Shown: positions 7,426 through 15,752 of the stretch, in pieces
Position numbering within the stretch: the stretch's first letter is position 1
Layout: the number at the start of each line of letters is the position of its first letter
DNA from: Fibrobacteria bacterium
GTDB taxonomy: Bacteria > Fibrobacterota > Chitinivibrionia > Chitinivibrionales > FEN-1185
Length of the DNA: 16,497 nucleotides
Direction of reading: 5' to 3'
NCBI GenBank assembly: GCA_037447435.1
Contig: JBBIGR010000066.1
Span: 1 to 16,497 of the forward strand
Made by a program: the position numbers and the translations under genes
The notes under the pieces: model-generated
Seen by the model: the letters and a program-made list of their open reading frames with translations, nothing else
Databases searched by the model: none
Told to the model about the DNA's origin: nothing

Positions 7426-8208
7426 CTGACTTTAGATAATTCTACCGATTCTTTTACAATTGGAGCGCATTCTTTTCATTCAAGACTTATCACGGGGTCT
7501 GGAAAGTACCGGGATGAAAGTCTTATTGGCGATGTTGTAAAAGCTGCCGAATGTGAAATAATCACCGTCGCGTTGCGACGAGTTGATTTTGAAAACCCGA
7601 ATGCCACTGTATTGAACCATATTCCTAAAGATAAAATCTTGTTGCCCAATACTTCCGGTGCCCGAACAGCCGAAGAAGCGGTTCGATTGGCGAGATTATC
7701 CCGCTCCATGGGATGCGGTGAATGGATAAAAATTGAGGTTATAAACGATCAGAAATATTTACTTCCCGATAATCTTGAAACACTGCGTGCATCGGAAATC
7801 CTCGTGAAAGAGGGTTTTATCGTTTTGCCCTATATGTCGCCCGATTTGTCCACAGCGAAAAAACTTGAGGACGTTGGTGCGGCTGCAATCATGCCTTTAG
7901 GGGCACCTATTGGATCGAACAGAGGACTAAAAACCAAAGAACTGATTGAAATTCTTATAAGCGAATTAACGGTTCCCGTCATTGTCGATGCAGGAATCGG
8001 GCTTCCGTCTCATGCCGCTCATGCTATGGAAATCGGGGCATCGGCGGTGTTGCTCAACACTGCTATTGCGTCGAGTGACGATCCAGTTGCCATGGCAGAA
8101 GCTTTTGCAATGGCTGTCAAAGCCGGAAGAAAAGCATTTTTAGCCGGTCCGGGTTCAGTATCGCGTATCGCAAGAGCATCCTCGCCTCTGACCGGTTTCC
8201 TCCGTTAA
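7426..8208 (+). CDS. thiG: Thiazole synthase ThiG; start extended upstream of the ORF-track call, probable CTG start
   Basis: Frame is open from the TAG at 7396-7398 and encodes [19 protein letters not shown]...EIITVALRR (conserved ThiG N-terminus) before the TTG at 7573. Also LPNTSGA, WIKIEV (catalytic Lys), [27 protein letters not shown] at 7426 follows GGAAAA at 7414-7419. Identity is firm; exact start is less certain. Confidence 0.9.
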   Translation: MTLDNSTDSFTIGAHSFHSRLITGSGKYRDESLIGDVVKAAECEIITVALRRVDFENPNATVLNHIPKDKILLPNTSGARTAEEAVRLARLSRSMGCGEWIKIEVINDQKYLLPDNLETLRASEILVKEGFIVLPYMSPDLSTAKKLEDVGAAAIMPLGAPIGSNRGLKTKELIEILISELTVPVIVDAGIGLPSHAAHAMEIGASAVLLNTAIASSDDPVAMAEAFAMAVKAGRKAFLAGPGSVSRIARASSPLTGFLR

Positions 8209-8213
8209 AGTAT

Positions 8214-9335
8214 ATGTCATTTTACAATACTTTGAACAAATACGACGAATTTAATTTCAGCGAATTTTCCGCTCAAGTGACATTTCAGAAGGTTCAATCG
8301 ATTCTCGATAAAGACCGTTTATCCCCTGAAGATTTTTTAGCGTTATTGACTCCCCAAGCAGCCGAATTCATCGAGCAAATGGCGCAAAAAGCATCACAAA
8401 TTACTCGTCGACAATTCGGAAAAGTGATGTTTCTATTTACGCCGCTATACATCTCGAATTTTTGTGAAAATGTATGTCCTTATTGCTCGTTTGCACGGCA
8501 ACACGGAATCGATCGTATACAATTAACGATAGATGAAATAAAATCAGAATCGTTGGCAATTGCAAAAACGGGAATGCGAAACGTGCTGGTTCTTACCGGT
8601 GAATCGAGAAAAAAGGCTTCTTTTGATTTTATTCGTGAGGCTATAGAAATAATTCGACAAAATTGTGCGACCGTAAGTATCGAGATGTATCCAATGAAAC
8701 AATCGGAATATGCTGCCTTGATAAAAGTAGGTATCCACGGACTCACTATATTTCAGGAAACCTATAATGAAAAGCTCTATCACGATTTGCACAAAGGTGG
8801 ACCCAAGGATGATTTTTTGTTCCGACTCGAAGCGCCGGAGCGAGCCGGGACCGAAAAAATTCGTTCTTTGACCGTAGGAACTTTGTTAGGTCTTAACGAT
8901 CCTGTTTCAGAAGCATTTTTTGCGGGATTGCATGCAGAATACCTGCAATCAAAATTCAATGGCGCTGAAATAGCGATGTCGTTGCCGCGTATTCGCCCCA
9001 TGGTTTCCCAGTTTTCTCCGAAATTTCCGGTCTCCGATAGAATGTTTGTGCAGATATTACTTGCCATTAGATTATTCCTTCCTCGCTGCGGTATTACGAT
9101 ATCGACGAGAGAATCAAAAGAATTCCGTGATGCCATAGCCTGTCTTGGCGTTACCAAGATGTCGGCCGGAGTGTCAACGTCCGTTGGCGGTCACGGTGAA
9201 AAAAGTTCGAAAGCTACCCAATTTGAAATTGCGGATTCCCGTTCGCTTGCGCAATTGTGCGAAGATTTAAATTCGTTAGGTTTTCAGCCGGTAATGCAAG
9301 ATTGGAATAGTCGATTATTTTCAGAAATAAATTGA
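8214..9335 (+). CDS. thiH: 2-iminoacetate synthase ThiH (radical SAM tyrosine lyase)
   Basis: FTPLYISNFCENVCPYCSF (CxxxCxxC), VLTGE, FQETY, GPK.DF.FRL, SLPRIRP, ISTRE, MSAGVST.VGG, QFEIADSRS; 5 nt after the thiG stop. Confidence 0.93.
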   Translation: MSFYNTLNKYDEFNFSEFSAQVTFQKVQSILDKDRLSPEDFLALLTPQAAEFIEQMAQKASQITRRQFGKVMFLFTPLYISNFCENVCPYCSFARQHGIDRIQLTIDEIKSESLAIAKTGMRNVLVLTGESRKKASFDFIREAIEIIRQNCATVSIEMYPMKQSEYAALIKVGIHGLTIFQETYNEKLYHDLHKGGPKDDFLFRLEAPERAGTEKIRSLTVGTLLGLNDPVSEAFFAGLHAEYLQSKFNGAEIAMSLPRIRPMVSQFSPKFPVSDRMFVQILLAIRLFLPRCGITISTRESKEFRDAIACLGVTKMSAGVSTSVGGHGEKSSKATQFEIADSRSLAQLCEDLNSLGFQPVMQDWNSRLFSEIN

Positions 9336-9410
9336 AGGATTTTTCTTGCTTTTCAGGAGTGAAAAATAGTATACATTAAAGGATAAGCGACATAAACAAA
9401 GGATACCTCT

Positions 9411-9641
9411 ATGGACTTCGACAATGAAAAAGTCGACGAGGCAGTGTTGGCGCTTCTCCATTTAACCTCATTTAATTCTGATTCTGGAGTGCGGGCTTGG
9501 AAGGGATTGGATTGGTCGTCTCTTGAAAGGTTATATGCAAAAGGGTTCATCAGCAATCCAAAAAGCAAATCCAAATCCGTTATAGTAACAAATGAAGGCG
9601 CAAAATTATCCGAAGAATTATTTAAAAAGCATTTTTCTTAA
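9411..9641 (+). CDS. Small conserved hypothetical protein, DUF6429-like (probable winged helix)
   Basis: AAGGA SD; pattern DEAVLALLHL...RAWKGLDW..LERLY.KGFI.NP.SKSKSV..T.EG recalled as DUF6429. Confidence 0.75.
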   Translation: MDFDNEKVDEAVLALLHLTSFNSDSGVRAWKGLDWSSLERLYAKGFISNPKSKSKSVIVTNEGAKLSEELFKKHFS

Positions 9642-9677
9642 AACAACCTATTAACATTCACCAAAGGAGCCGAACGT

Positions 9678-9788
9678 ATGAAAAGTCAGGACCAGAAAAA
9701 AGAATCAAAAAAAGAACCGACAAAGTCATTAAAAGAAAAACGGTTGGAAAAAAAAGCAAAAAAAGCTTCAAAACAAGGCTCGATTTAA
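9678..9788 (+). CDS. 36-aa Lys/Glu-rich small protein (MKSQDQKKESKKEPTKSLKEKRLEKKAKKASKQGSI), not in ORF track
   Basis: Strong SD AAAGGAG at 9663-9669, 8 nt before ATG 9678; TAA at 9786-9788; followed by a long hairpin. Resembles short KKEPxKTLKEKRxEKKAKK hypothetical proteins (recall, not searched). Confidence 0.7.
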   Translation: MKSQDQKKESKKEPTKSLKEKRLEKKAKKASKQGSI

Positions 9789-9803
9789 TAATTCTTCAAT
9801 AAA

Positions 9804-9856
9804 TTTGAATTTATTTTGCCGGTGTGTATTTATTCCGCCGGCAAAATAATTTCGAA
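9804..9856. terminator. Long inverted repeat, probable terminator after the small ORF
   Basis: Perfect 12-bp arms TTATTTTGCCGG (9811-9822) and CCGGCAAAATAA (9838-9849), extendable on both sides with G-U pairs and one mismatch. Confidence 0.6.
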
Positions 9857-9990
9857 CTTCAAACTTCAATAGTATAGTTTTTTCTTCCGGCAGCACTATT
9901 ATTAGTAATTTTAAAAAAACGATAGTAATTCTAATCATTGTATCGGTACCATCTTTCGCTATTGACTATCTGGAGGATGCGGGGAATGTT

Positions 9991-10428
9991 TTGCAAATCG
10001 CAATGCCTTTGACGGCAATCGGCATCACGATGATTGAAAAAGATTTGCCCGGATTTTGGCAGTTTTGCGCTTCCTTTGCATTGACAGAAAGCCTAACTCA
10101 AGGGTTGAAATATTCTGTGAATGCAACAAGGCCTAATGGCGGCAAACTATCTTTTCCATCAGGACATACTTCTGCGGCTTTTTGCAGTGCTGTTTTTTTT
10201 AATATGCGGTATGGGGAAAATTACGGTATTCCTGCATTTGTGTGCGCAAGCATAACGGGGTGGAGCAGGATCGAATCTTCCAACCATTTCCCTTGGGATG
10301 TGGCAGCCGGCGCGGCAATAGGAATTGCAGGAAATTTGTATGTTACAAAAAAGAAAAAGGATAACCTGTTAATTCTGCCTTTGATTGATGAACATGGAGT
10401 AGGGGCTCTTTTACAATGCAAGTTCTAA
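9991..10428 (+). CDS. PAP2-family (phosphatidic acid / lipid A type) phosphatase; true start may be near 9898-9901
   Basis: Complete PAP2 motifs KYSVNATRP (KX6RP), SFPSGH and SRIESSNHFPWD (SRX5HX3D). Frame is open upstream to the TAA at 9847-9849 and encodes a signal-peptide-like stretch. Confidence 0.85.
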   Translation: MQIAMPLTAIGITMIEKDLPGFWQFCASFALTESLTQGLKYSVNATRPNGGKLSFPSGHTSAAFCSAVFFNMRYGENYGIPAFVCASITGWSRIESSNHFPWDVAAGAAIGIAGNLYVTKKKKDNLLILPLIDEHGVGALLQCKF

Positions 10429-10475
10429 CCAAGGCTTTGCAGAAAAAAAAATACGTAAAACTTCCTCGAAAATAT

Positions 10476-10904
10476 ATGCTCGATTTAAATCAAATCCGTA
10501 TTCCTGAAAATGAAATTTTATTTTCCTTTATACGTTCCGGAGGTCCGGGGGGCCAGAATGTCAATAAGGTATCGACCGCAGTTCAACTTAGATTTAATGT
10601 TGCCAAGTCAACATTGCTTAACGATACTGAAAAAGCAAGATTGATTACAATGAATGGAGCAAGGGTCAGTTCGTCAGGCGAACTCATTATTACGGCAAGT
10701 AATTTCAGAACACAGGAGCGCAATAGGGTAGAGGCGTATAATCGGCTTATTCTGATGATTCGTAAGGCTTTGATATTGCCGAAGAAAAGGAAAAAAACCA
10801 AACCGTCTTTCGGTTCAAAAATAAAGCGTTTGGATTCAAAAAAAATTCAAAGTTCAAAAAAACGATTCAGGTCAGCGGGAAGAAAATCGAGTATTGATAT
10901 GTGA
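10476..10904 (+). CDS. arfB: Alternative ribosome rescue peptidyl-tRNA hydrolase ArfB (YaeJ)
   Basis: IPENEI.FSFIRSGGPGGQNVNKVSTAVQLRF, RTQERNR, basic tail PKKRKKTKPS.GSK.KRLDSKK. Start placed at ATG 10476, giving typical length and no overlap with the PAP2 gene. Confidence 0.93.
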   Translation: MLDLNQIRIPENEILFSFIRSGGPGGQNVNKVSTAVQLRFNVAKSTLLNDTEKARLITMNGARVSSSGELIITASNFRTQERNRVEAYNRLILMIRKALILPKKRKKTKPSFGSKIKRLDSKKIQSSKKRFRSAGRKSSIDM

Positions 10905-10922
10905 AAAAAAGCACATGATAAT
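10894..10922 (+). promoter_or_regulatory. Candidate ech promoter TTGATA-N17-GATAAT with a Rex/CRP-like operator TGTGA-AAAAAA-GCACA (10900-10915) filling the spacer
   Basis: Read directly from sequence; overlaps the arfB stop; 174 nt upstream of echA; same architecture as the MCP promoter. Confidence 0.5.
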
Positions 10923-11096
10923 TTGAAAAAAACTTCTTCATTGAACTTGCATTCATCTGTTCCAAATACCATTTTTAAAACTCTTTTTTGAAATGCAATA
11001 ATTTTTAATTGCTTTATTAAAACAGGATGCTTTTTAAAAGACACAGATAAAATTTAACTGTTCGCAGCCACATGTTGGCTGCCGACGAGGGCCTCG

Positions 11097-12989
11097 ATGA
11101 ACATTATTCTTTTTCTTCTTTTATTCCCAGCCGTTGTTTCCCTAGTATTTGCCGTTCTTCCTCCAAACTCGTTTCGAAATATGTTGGTCCGAATAAGCTG
11201 TTTGTTAATAGCTGCCGGATCGATTTATGCGGCATTAGTTTTTAGCGGCCAGGGTACATATTTCTTTAAAGTTAATTTTCCTCACCTAGACAAACTTTTT
11301 TTCGCGGGAGAAATGCTTGTTTCTGCATTTTTGCTCGTTCGGTGTTTAAAAATTAAACCCAAAGAATTCTACATCCCGATTCTTATCGTGTTGCAAGCCG
11401 GTATAATGGCTTACTGCGAATTAACTCACGCGGTCCCGGAAGTAGAACATGCATTTTATATCGATAATTTTTCAATAATTATGGCTCTCATAATCGGGAT
11501 CATCGGTAGTTTGATTTGTTGGTATGCGGTTAGTTATATGAAAGATTATCATCATCATCATCCAGAAATGAAAAACCGTCAAAGAAGTTTTTTCTTTATT
11601 CTATTTTTCTTTTTATCCGCAATGTTCGGTGTTGTGTTCTCAAATAATCTCGTATGGATGTACTTTTTTTGGGAAATTACCACATTGTCATCTTTTATTC
11701 TTATCGGATATCCAAAAACCGAAGAAGCAACAAGGAATTCTTTTAGGGCTCTTGGTTTAAATCTGACCGGTGGATTAGGTTTTGCACTTGGAATTCTGTA
11801 TTTGGTTAAATTTAGCCCGGAACATACTGTTGATTTGGCCCGTGTGATTGAGCTTGGATCAGCAGTAATGCTCATTCCAGTGGCATTAATCGCATTCGCA
11901 GGAATTGCAAAATCGGCTCAAATGCCGTTCTCGTCATGGTTGCTGGGTGCAATGGTTGCACCGACACCTGTTTCAGCGTTGTTGCACTCAAGTACTATGG
12001 TAAAAGCCGGAATATTTATATTGATTAAATTCGCGCCTGTTTTCCAAGGCACATGGGCTGGTTATTGCTTGGCTCTGATAGGCGGTGTTACGTTTTTAAT
12101 GACTTCCATAATCGCGGTTACCCAAAGCAATGCAAAAAGGGTCCTTGCTTATTCCACAATTGCAAACCTTGGCTTAATTGTCGCCTGTGCGGGTGTTGGT
12201 ACTTATGAGGCTGTTTGGGCTGCAATTATGCTTACCATTTTTCATGCAGTTTCAAAAGCGCTTCTTTTCCTCGGCGTCGGTTCTATAGAGCATAAAATCG
12301 GAAGCAGAGACATAGAAGATATGGACGGTCTCATTGTTAATCGTCCTGGATTGGCCATGGTTGTGTTGATTGGAATTTTGGGGATGTTTCTGGCGCCGTT
12401 TGGGATGCTCATATCCAAATGGGCTTGTATTGAGGCGTTTGTAAATTCAAATATCGTTCTCGCGGTATTACTCGCCTTCGGAAGTGCGCCAACACTTTTC
12501 TTTTGGGCAAAATGGATGGGGAAAATCGTTTCTGTTCCTGCCAAGCAATCGGATAAAGCGAAAGATAAAGTATCGGCAGACGAGTGGACCGCTCTTGGCG
12601 TTTTAGCCGGATTGACCGTTGCAACTGCCGCATTGTTTCCGCTTATTTCGTCGATTTCCGTAGAACAATATATTATCAGCGTTTACCATCAAACGGTTAC
12701 GTTGACACAAGGAAATATAATTATAATGTCCATCATGCTGGCCCTTCTCATTCTTTTGCCGCTTGCCTTTTTTGCATATCCGAAAAAACCAATGCTTGTG
12801 CAGCGGTATCTTGCAGGAGCTAATATCGGCGATGCAAATGCATATCAGGGGTCAATCGGACAAACGCAATTGGCAACAATGAGAAATTATTACCTTACAT
12901 CCGTTTTTAGCGAATCCGTTTTGGTTAAAATCAGTATTTTCGTCACAATCGCCATTATTGTTGCAATGTTTTCGGTGGTAAAACTATGA
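11097..12989 (+). CDS. echA: Ech hydrogenase subunit A (NuoL/MrpA-like ion-translocating membrane subunit)
   Basis: 630 aa, highly hydrophobic; FWEITTLSSFILIGY, KSAQMPFSSWLLGAMVAPTPVSALLHSSTMVKAG, KRVLAYSTIANLG, FHAVSKALLF; first gene of a six-gene Ech-order operon. Confidence 0.9.
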   Translation: MNIILFLLLFPAVVSLVFAVLPPNSFRNMLVRISCLLIAAGSIYAALVFSGQGTYFFKVNFPHLDKLFFAGEMLVSAFLLVRCLKIKPKEFYIPILIVLQAGIMAYCELTHAVPEVEHAFYIDNFSIIMALIIGIIGSLICWYAVSYMKDYHHHHPEMKNRQRSFFFILFFFLSAMFGVVFSNNLVWMYFFWEITTLSSFILIGYPKTEEATRNSFRALGLNLTGGLGFALGILYLVKFSPEHTVDLARVIELGSAVMLIPVALIAFAGIAKSAQMPFSSWLLGAMVAPTPVSALLHSSTMVKAGIFILIKFAPVFQGTWAGYCLALIGGVTFLMTSIIAVTQSNAKRVLAYSTIANLGLIVACAGVGTYEAVWAAIMLTIFHAVSKALLFLGVGSIEHKIGSRDIEDMDGLIVNRPGLAMVVLIGILGMFLAPFGMLISKWACIEAFVNSNIVLAVLLAFGSAPTLFFWAKWMGKIVSVPAKQSDKAKDKVSADEWTALGVLAGLTVATAALFPLISSISVEQYIISVYHQTVTLTQGNIIIMSIMLALLILLPLAFFAYPKKPMLVQRYLAGANIGDANAYQGSIGQTQLATMRNYYLTSVFSESVLVKISIFVTIAIIVAMFSVVKL

Positions 12990-13843
12990 TTAAAACTGCA
13001 TTGTTGATTGTCGGCTGGGTTGTTGTAGCTCCAGTATTGGGTGGTTTATTAGCGGGTTTTGACCGAATAGTTACGGCTCGTATGCAGTCGCGTGTTGGAC
13101 CGCCTTTATTCCAGCCGTTTTACGATGTTTTTAAATTAATGTCCAAAAGAAGTGTTGCCGTCAATAAATTCCAAAATTTTTATATGTTGTGTTTTATCGC
13201 ATTTGTCATCATCACCGGCTTATTGTTTTTTACCGGCGGCGATTTGTTGCTTACTATTTTTGCTCTTGCGGTTGCCGGAGTGTTTTTCGTTTTAGGCGCA
13301 TATTCGGCAAATTCACCATATTCGAATATAGGTGCCGAACGCGAACTTATTCAAATGATGTCCTATGAACCGATGCTGATTTTAATGGCAATGGGAATGT
13401 TTATGGTTACTAAAAGCTTTCATGTCAATGATATAATGGGCTTTTCCAAACCATTAATTGCCTATTTACCGGGCGTTTTCATCGGTTTCCTTTTTATTCT
13501 GACGATAAAATTAAGAAAATCACCTTTCGATTTATCTTCTTCTCATCATGGCCATCAGGAGCTTGTAAAAGGAATAACAACCGAATTTTCCGGCAAAACC
13601 CTGGCCATCATCGAAATTGCCCACTGGTATGAAAACATTCTCCTTCTCGGTTTTATTTATATGTTTTTCGCTTTTAACCCGATTGTTGCAATTTCGGCAA
13701 TTGTTATCACGTACTTATTCGAGATCTTAATAGATAATTCTTATGCACGTCTCACGTGGCATTTTACCCTGAAATCCTCGTGGATTGTCTCTGGAATTTT
13801 CGGTGTTTCAAATCTTTTGATACTGGCCTTTTTAGGCAAGTGA
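12986..13843 (+). CDS. echB: Ech hydrogenase subunit B (NuoH-like membrane subunit)
   Basis: DRIVTARMQSRVGPPLFQPFYDVFKL, GAERE, YEP, KSPFDLS..HQELVKG..TEFSG; ATGA overlap with echA. Confidence 0.92.
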   Translation: MIKTALLIVGWVVVAPVLGGLLAGFDRIVTARMQSRVGPPLFQPFYDVFKLMSKRSVAVNKFQNFYMLCFIAFVIITGLLFFTGGDLLLTIFALAVAGVFFVLGAYSANSPYSNIGAERELIQMMSYEPMLILMAMGMFMVTKSFHVNDIMGFSKPLIAYLPGVFIGFLFILTIKLRKSPFDLSSSHHGHQELVKGITTEFSGKTLAIIEIAHWYENILLLGFIYMFFAFNPIVAISAIVITYLFEILIDNSYARLTWHFTLKSSWIVSGIFGVSNLLILAFLGK

Positions 13844-13856
13844 CGAAGGAAAAATA

Positions 13857-14300
13857 ATGAGTTTTTTAAAAAAATCGCCGTGGGTCCTTCATTACGATGG
13901 ATCAAGCTGCAATGGGTGTGACATCGAAGTACTTGCCTGCCTGACGCCGATATACGATATCGAAAGGTTCGGTATAGTAAATACTGGTAATCCAAAGCAT
14001 GCTGATGTTTTATTGATTACCGGTTCAATCAATGAGCAAAATATTGAAGTTGTGAAGAACTTATATAATCAAATGCCTGATCCTAAGGTTGTTGCGGCCA
14101 TCGGTATTTGCGCGGCAACAGGCGGAATTTTCCGCGAATGTTATAATATTAAAGGCGGAGTCGATACCGTAATACCGGTTGATATTTACATACCCGGATG
14201 TGCTGCACGGCCTGAAGCAATTATAGACGGCGTCGTAGCCGCACTTGGCGTTTTGGAAAAAAAGGCTGAAGCATTCAAGTCCATGAAAGTGAGCGCCTAA
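13857..14300 (+). CDS. echC: Ech hydrogenase small subunit C (NuoB-like, one 4Fe-4S)
   Basis: KSPW, SCNGCDIE, GNPKHADVLLITG, GICAATGGIF, PGCAARPEAIIDG. Confidence 0.93.
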   Translation: MSFLKKSPWVLHYDGSSCNGCDIEVLACLTPIYDIERFGIVNTGNPKHADVLLITGSINEQNIEVVKNLYNQMPDPKVVAAIGICAATGGIFRECYNIKGGVDTVIPVDIYIPGCAARPEAIIDGVVAALGVLEKKAEAFKSMKVSA

Positions 14301-14668
14301 TGATACATATTGAAGAGCAACCGTTGCTTGTTGTTGATAAAGGTACTCTCGTCGAAAAAGCCGGTCAAATGAGCAGTGATGGATGGCGTTTAGTTGCGAT
14401 TACATGCGTTGCAAAGGATAATTACGAACTTACCTATAGTTTCGACAAAGATTATAAAATCAACAATATACGGGTAGTGCTGCCCAAAGATAATCCGGTT
14501 TTGCCGAGTATCACGAAGCCCTATTTTGCTGCTTTTACATATGAAAATGAATTACAGGACCTTTTCGGTATTACCGTGACCGATTTGGCTTTGGATTTCA
14601 AAGGTACGTTTTATAAGCTTTCGGTTAAAACGCCGTTTGCTCCACAATCGCAAGGGCCAGTGAAATAA
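14300..14668 (+). CDS. echD: Ech hydrogenase subunit D (NuoC-like)
   Basis: GWRLVAITC, ELTYSF, LPSIT..Y.AAFTYENELQDLFGI; TAATG overlap; position between echC and echE. Confidence 0.9.
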   Translation: MIHIEEQPLLVVDKGTLVEKAGQMSSDGWRLVAITCVAKDNYELTYSFDKDYKINNIRVVLPKDNPVLPSITKPYFAAFTYENELQDLFGITVTDLALDFKGTFYKLSVKTPFAPQSQGPVK

Positions 14669-14670
14669 AT

Positions 14671-15750
14671 ATGGCAACAAGAACGATAGTTCCATTTGGA
14701 CCGCAACATCCGGTTTTGCCGGAACCAATTCATCTTGATTTGGTTTTGGAAGATGAAAAAGTAGTCGAGGCTATTCCGTCTATTGGGTTTATACACCGTG
14801 GCCTTGAAAAACTTGTTGAGAAAAAAGATTTTTACGAAATGACCTATGTTGCCGAACGTATTTGCGGCATATGCAGTTTTATACACGGGCAATCGTATTG
14901 TCAAGCCATTGAAGGCGTAATGAAAATCGATGTTCCCGAACGTGCGCTTTATTTGCGTACGATTTGGGGCGAAATGTCGCGTATTCATAGCCATCTTTTA
15001 TGGCTTGGTTTGTTTGCCGATGCATTCGGATTCGAAAGCCTGTTCATGCACTCATGGCGAGTTCGTGAAAAATTGCTTGACATTATAGAAGAAACGACCG
15101 GCGGGCGAGTGATTTTCGGCTCATGCAAAATTGGCGGGGTTCGCCGGGATATAGATGCTTTGGGACTTAAAAGGGTCGAATCGGAATTACGGATTATAGA
15201 AAAACAATCTTTTGAACTAACCGAAGTATTTAAAAAAGATAACTCTGTAAAGCGACGAACCATCGATGTAGGGATGCTTTCTAAAGAAGAAGCGATTTCA
15301 CTTGGCGCTGTTGGACCTATGCTCAGGGCCAGCGGCGTATCGTATGATTCAAGAAAACTCGGTTATGCGGCGTATTCAAAACTTAATTGGGAACCGATCG
15401 TCGAGACGGCGGGGGATTGTTATGCGCGTTGCATGGTCCGATGCCGCGAATTATACCAGTCTTTCGATTTGATATATCAGGCAATTTCGAAAATCGCCGA
15501 AGGTCCGATCGACGTAAAGGTAACAGGAAACCCGACCGGTGAATATTTTGCGCGGGTAGAACAGCCTCGCGGTGAAGTTATATACTATGTCAAAGGGAAC
15601 GGTTCAAAGAATTTGGAACGTTTTAGGGTACGGACGCCGACTTTCGCCAATGTTCCGCCGCTGGTGAAAACACTTGCCGGATGCGAACTTGCCGATGTAC
15701 CGGTCATTGTACTCACTATTGATCCTTGTATCAGTTGCACGGAGCGTTAA
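14671..15750 (+). CDS. echE: Ech [NiFe]-hydrogenase large subunit E (group 4e)
   Basis: PFGPQHP, HRGLEK, L1 motif ERICGICSFIH, EQPRGE, RTPT, L2 motif DPCISCTER at the C-terminus; all four Ni-ligating Cys present. Confidence 0.95.
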   Translation: MATRTIVPFGPQHPVLPEPIHLDLVLEDEKVVEAIPSIGFIHRGLEKLVEKKDFYEMTYVAERICGICSFIHGQSYCQAIEGVMKIDVPERALYLRTIWGEMSRIHSHLLWLGLFADAFGFESLFMHSWRVREKLLDIIEETTGGRVIFGSCKIGGVRRDIDALGLKRVESELRIIEKQSFELTEVFKKDNSVKRRTIDVGMLSKEEAISLGAVGPMLRASGVSYDSRKLGYAAYSKLNWEPIVETAGDCYARCMVRCRELYQSFDLIYQAISKIAEGPIDVKVTGNPTGEYFARVEQPRGEVIYYVKGNGSKNLERFRVRTPTFANVPPLVKTLAGCELADVPVIVLTIDPCISCTER

Positions 15751-15752
15751 TA

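Noticed and set aside
4241..9335. BioB-like plus ThiH-like radical SAM pair near a hydrogenase read as HydE/HydG maturases
   Set aside because: The ThiH protein is 373 aa, lacks the HydG C-terminal Cx2Cx22C domain and follows thiS-thiG. The BioB protein has biotin-synthase blocks (CAQS, YNHNLET, GDYLTT). The hydrogenase is [NiFe], not [FeFe].
10416..10475. ORF-track starts at 10416 (arfB) and 15726 (echF)
   Set aside because: Both extensions overlap the upstream gene and lack family similarity. ATG 10476 and ATG 15753 fit better.
11546..11566. CAT repeat / His4 tract in echA as a phase-variable repeat
   Set aside because: In-frame trinucleotide run encoding YHHHHPE; His-rich loops at this position are familiar in EchA proteins.
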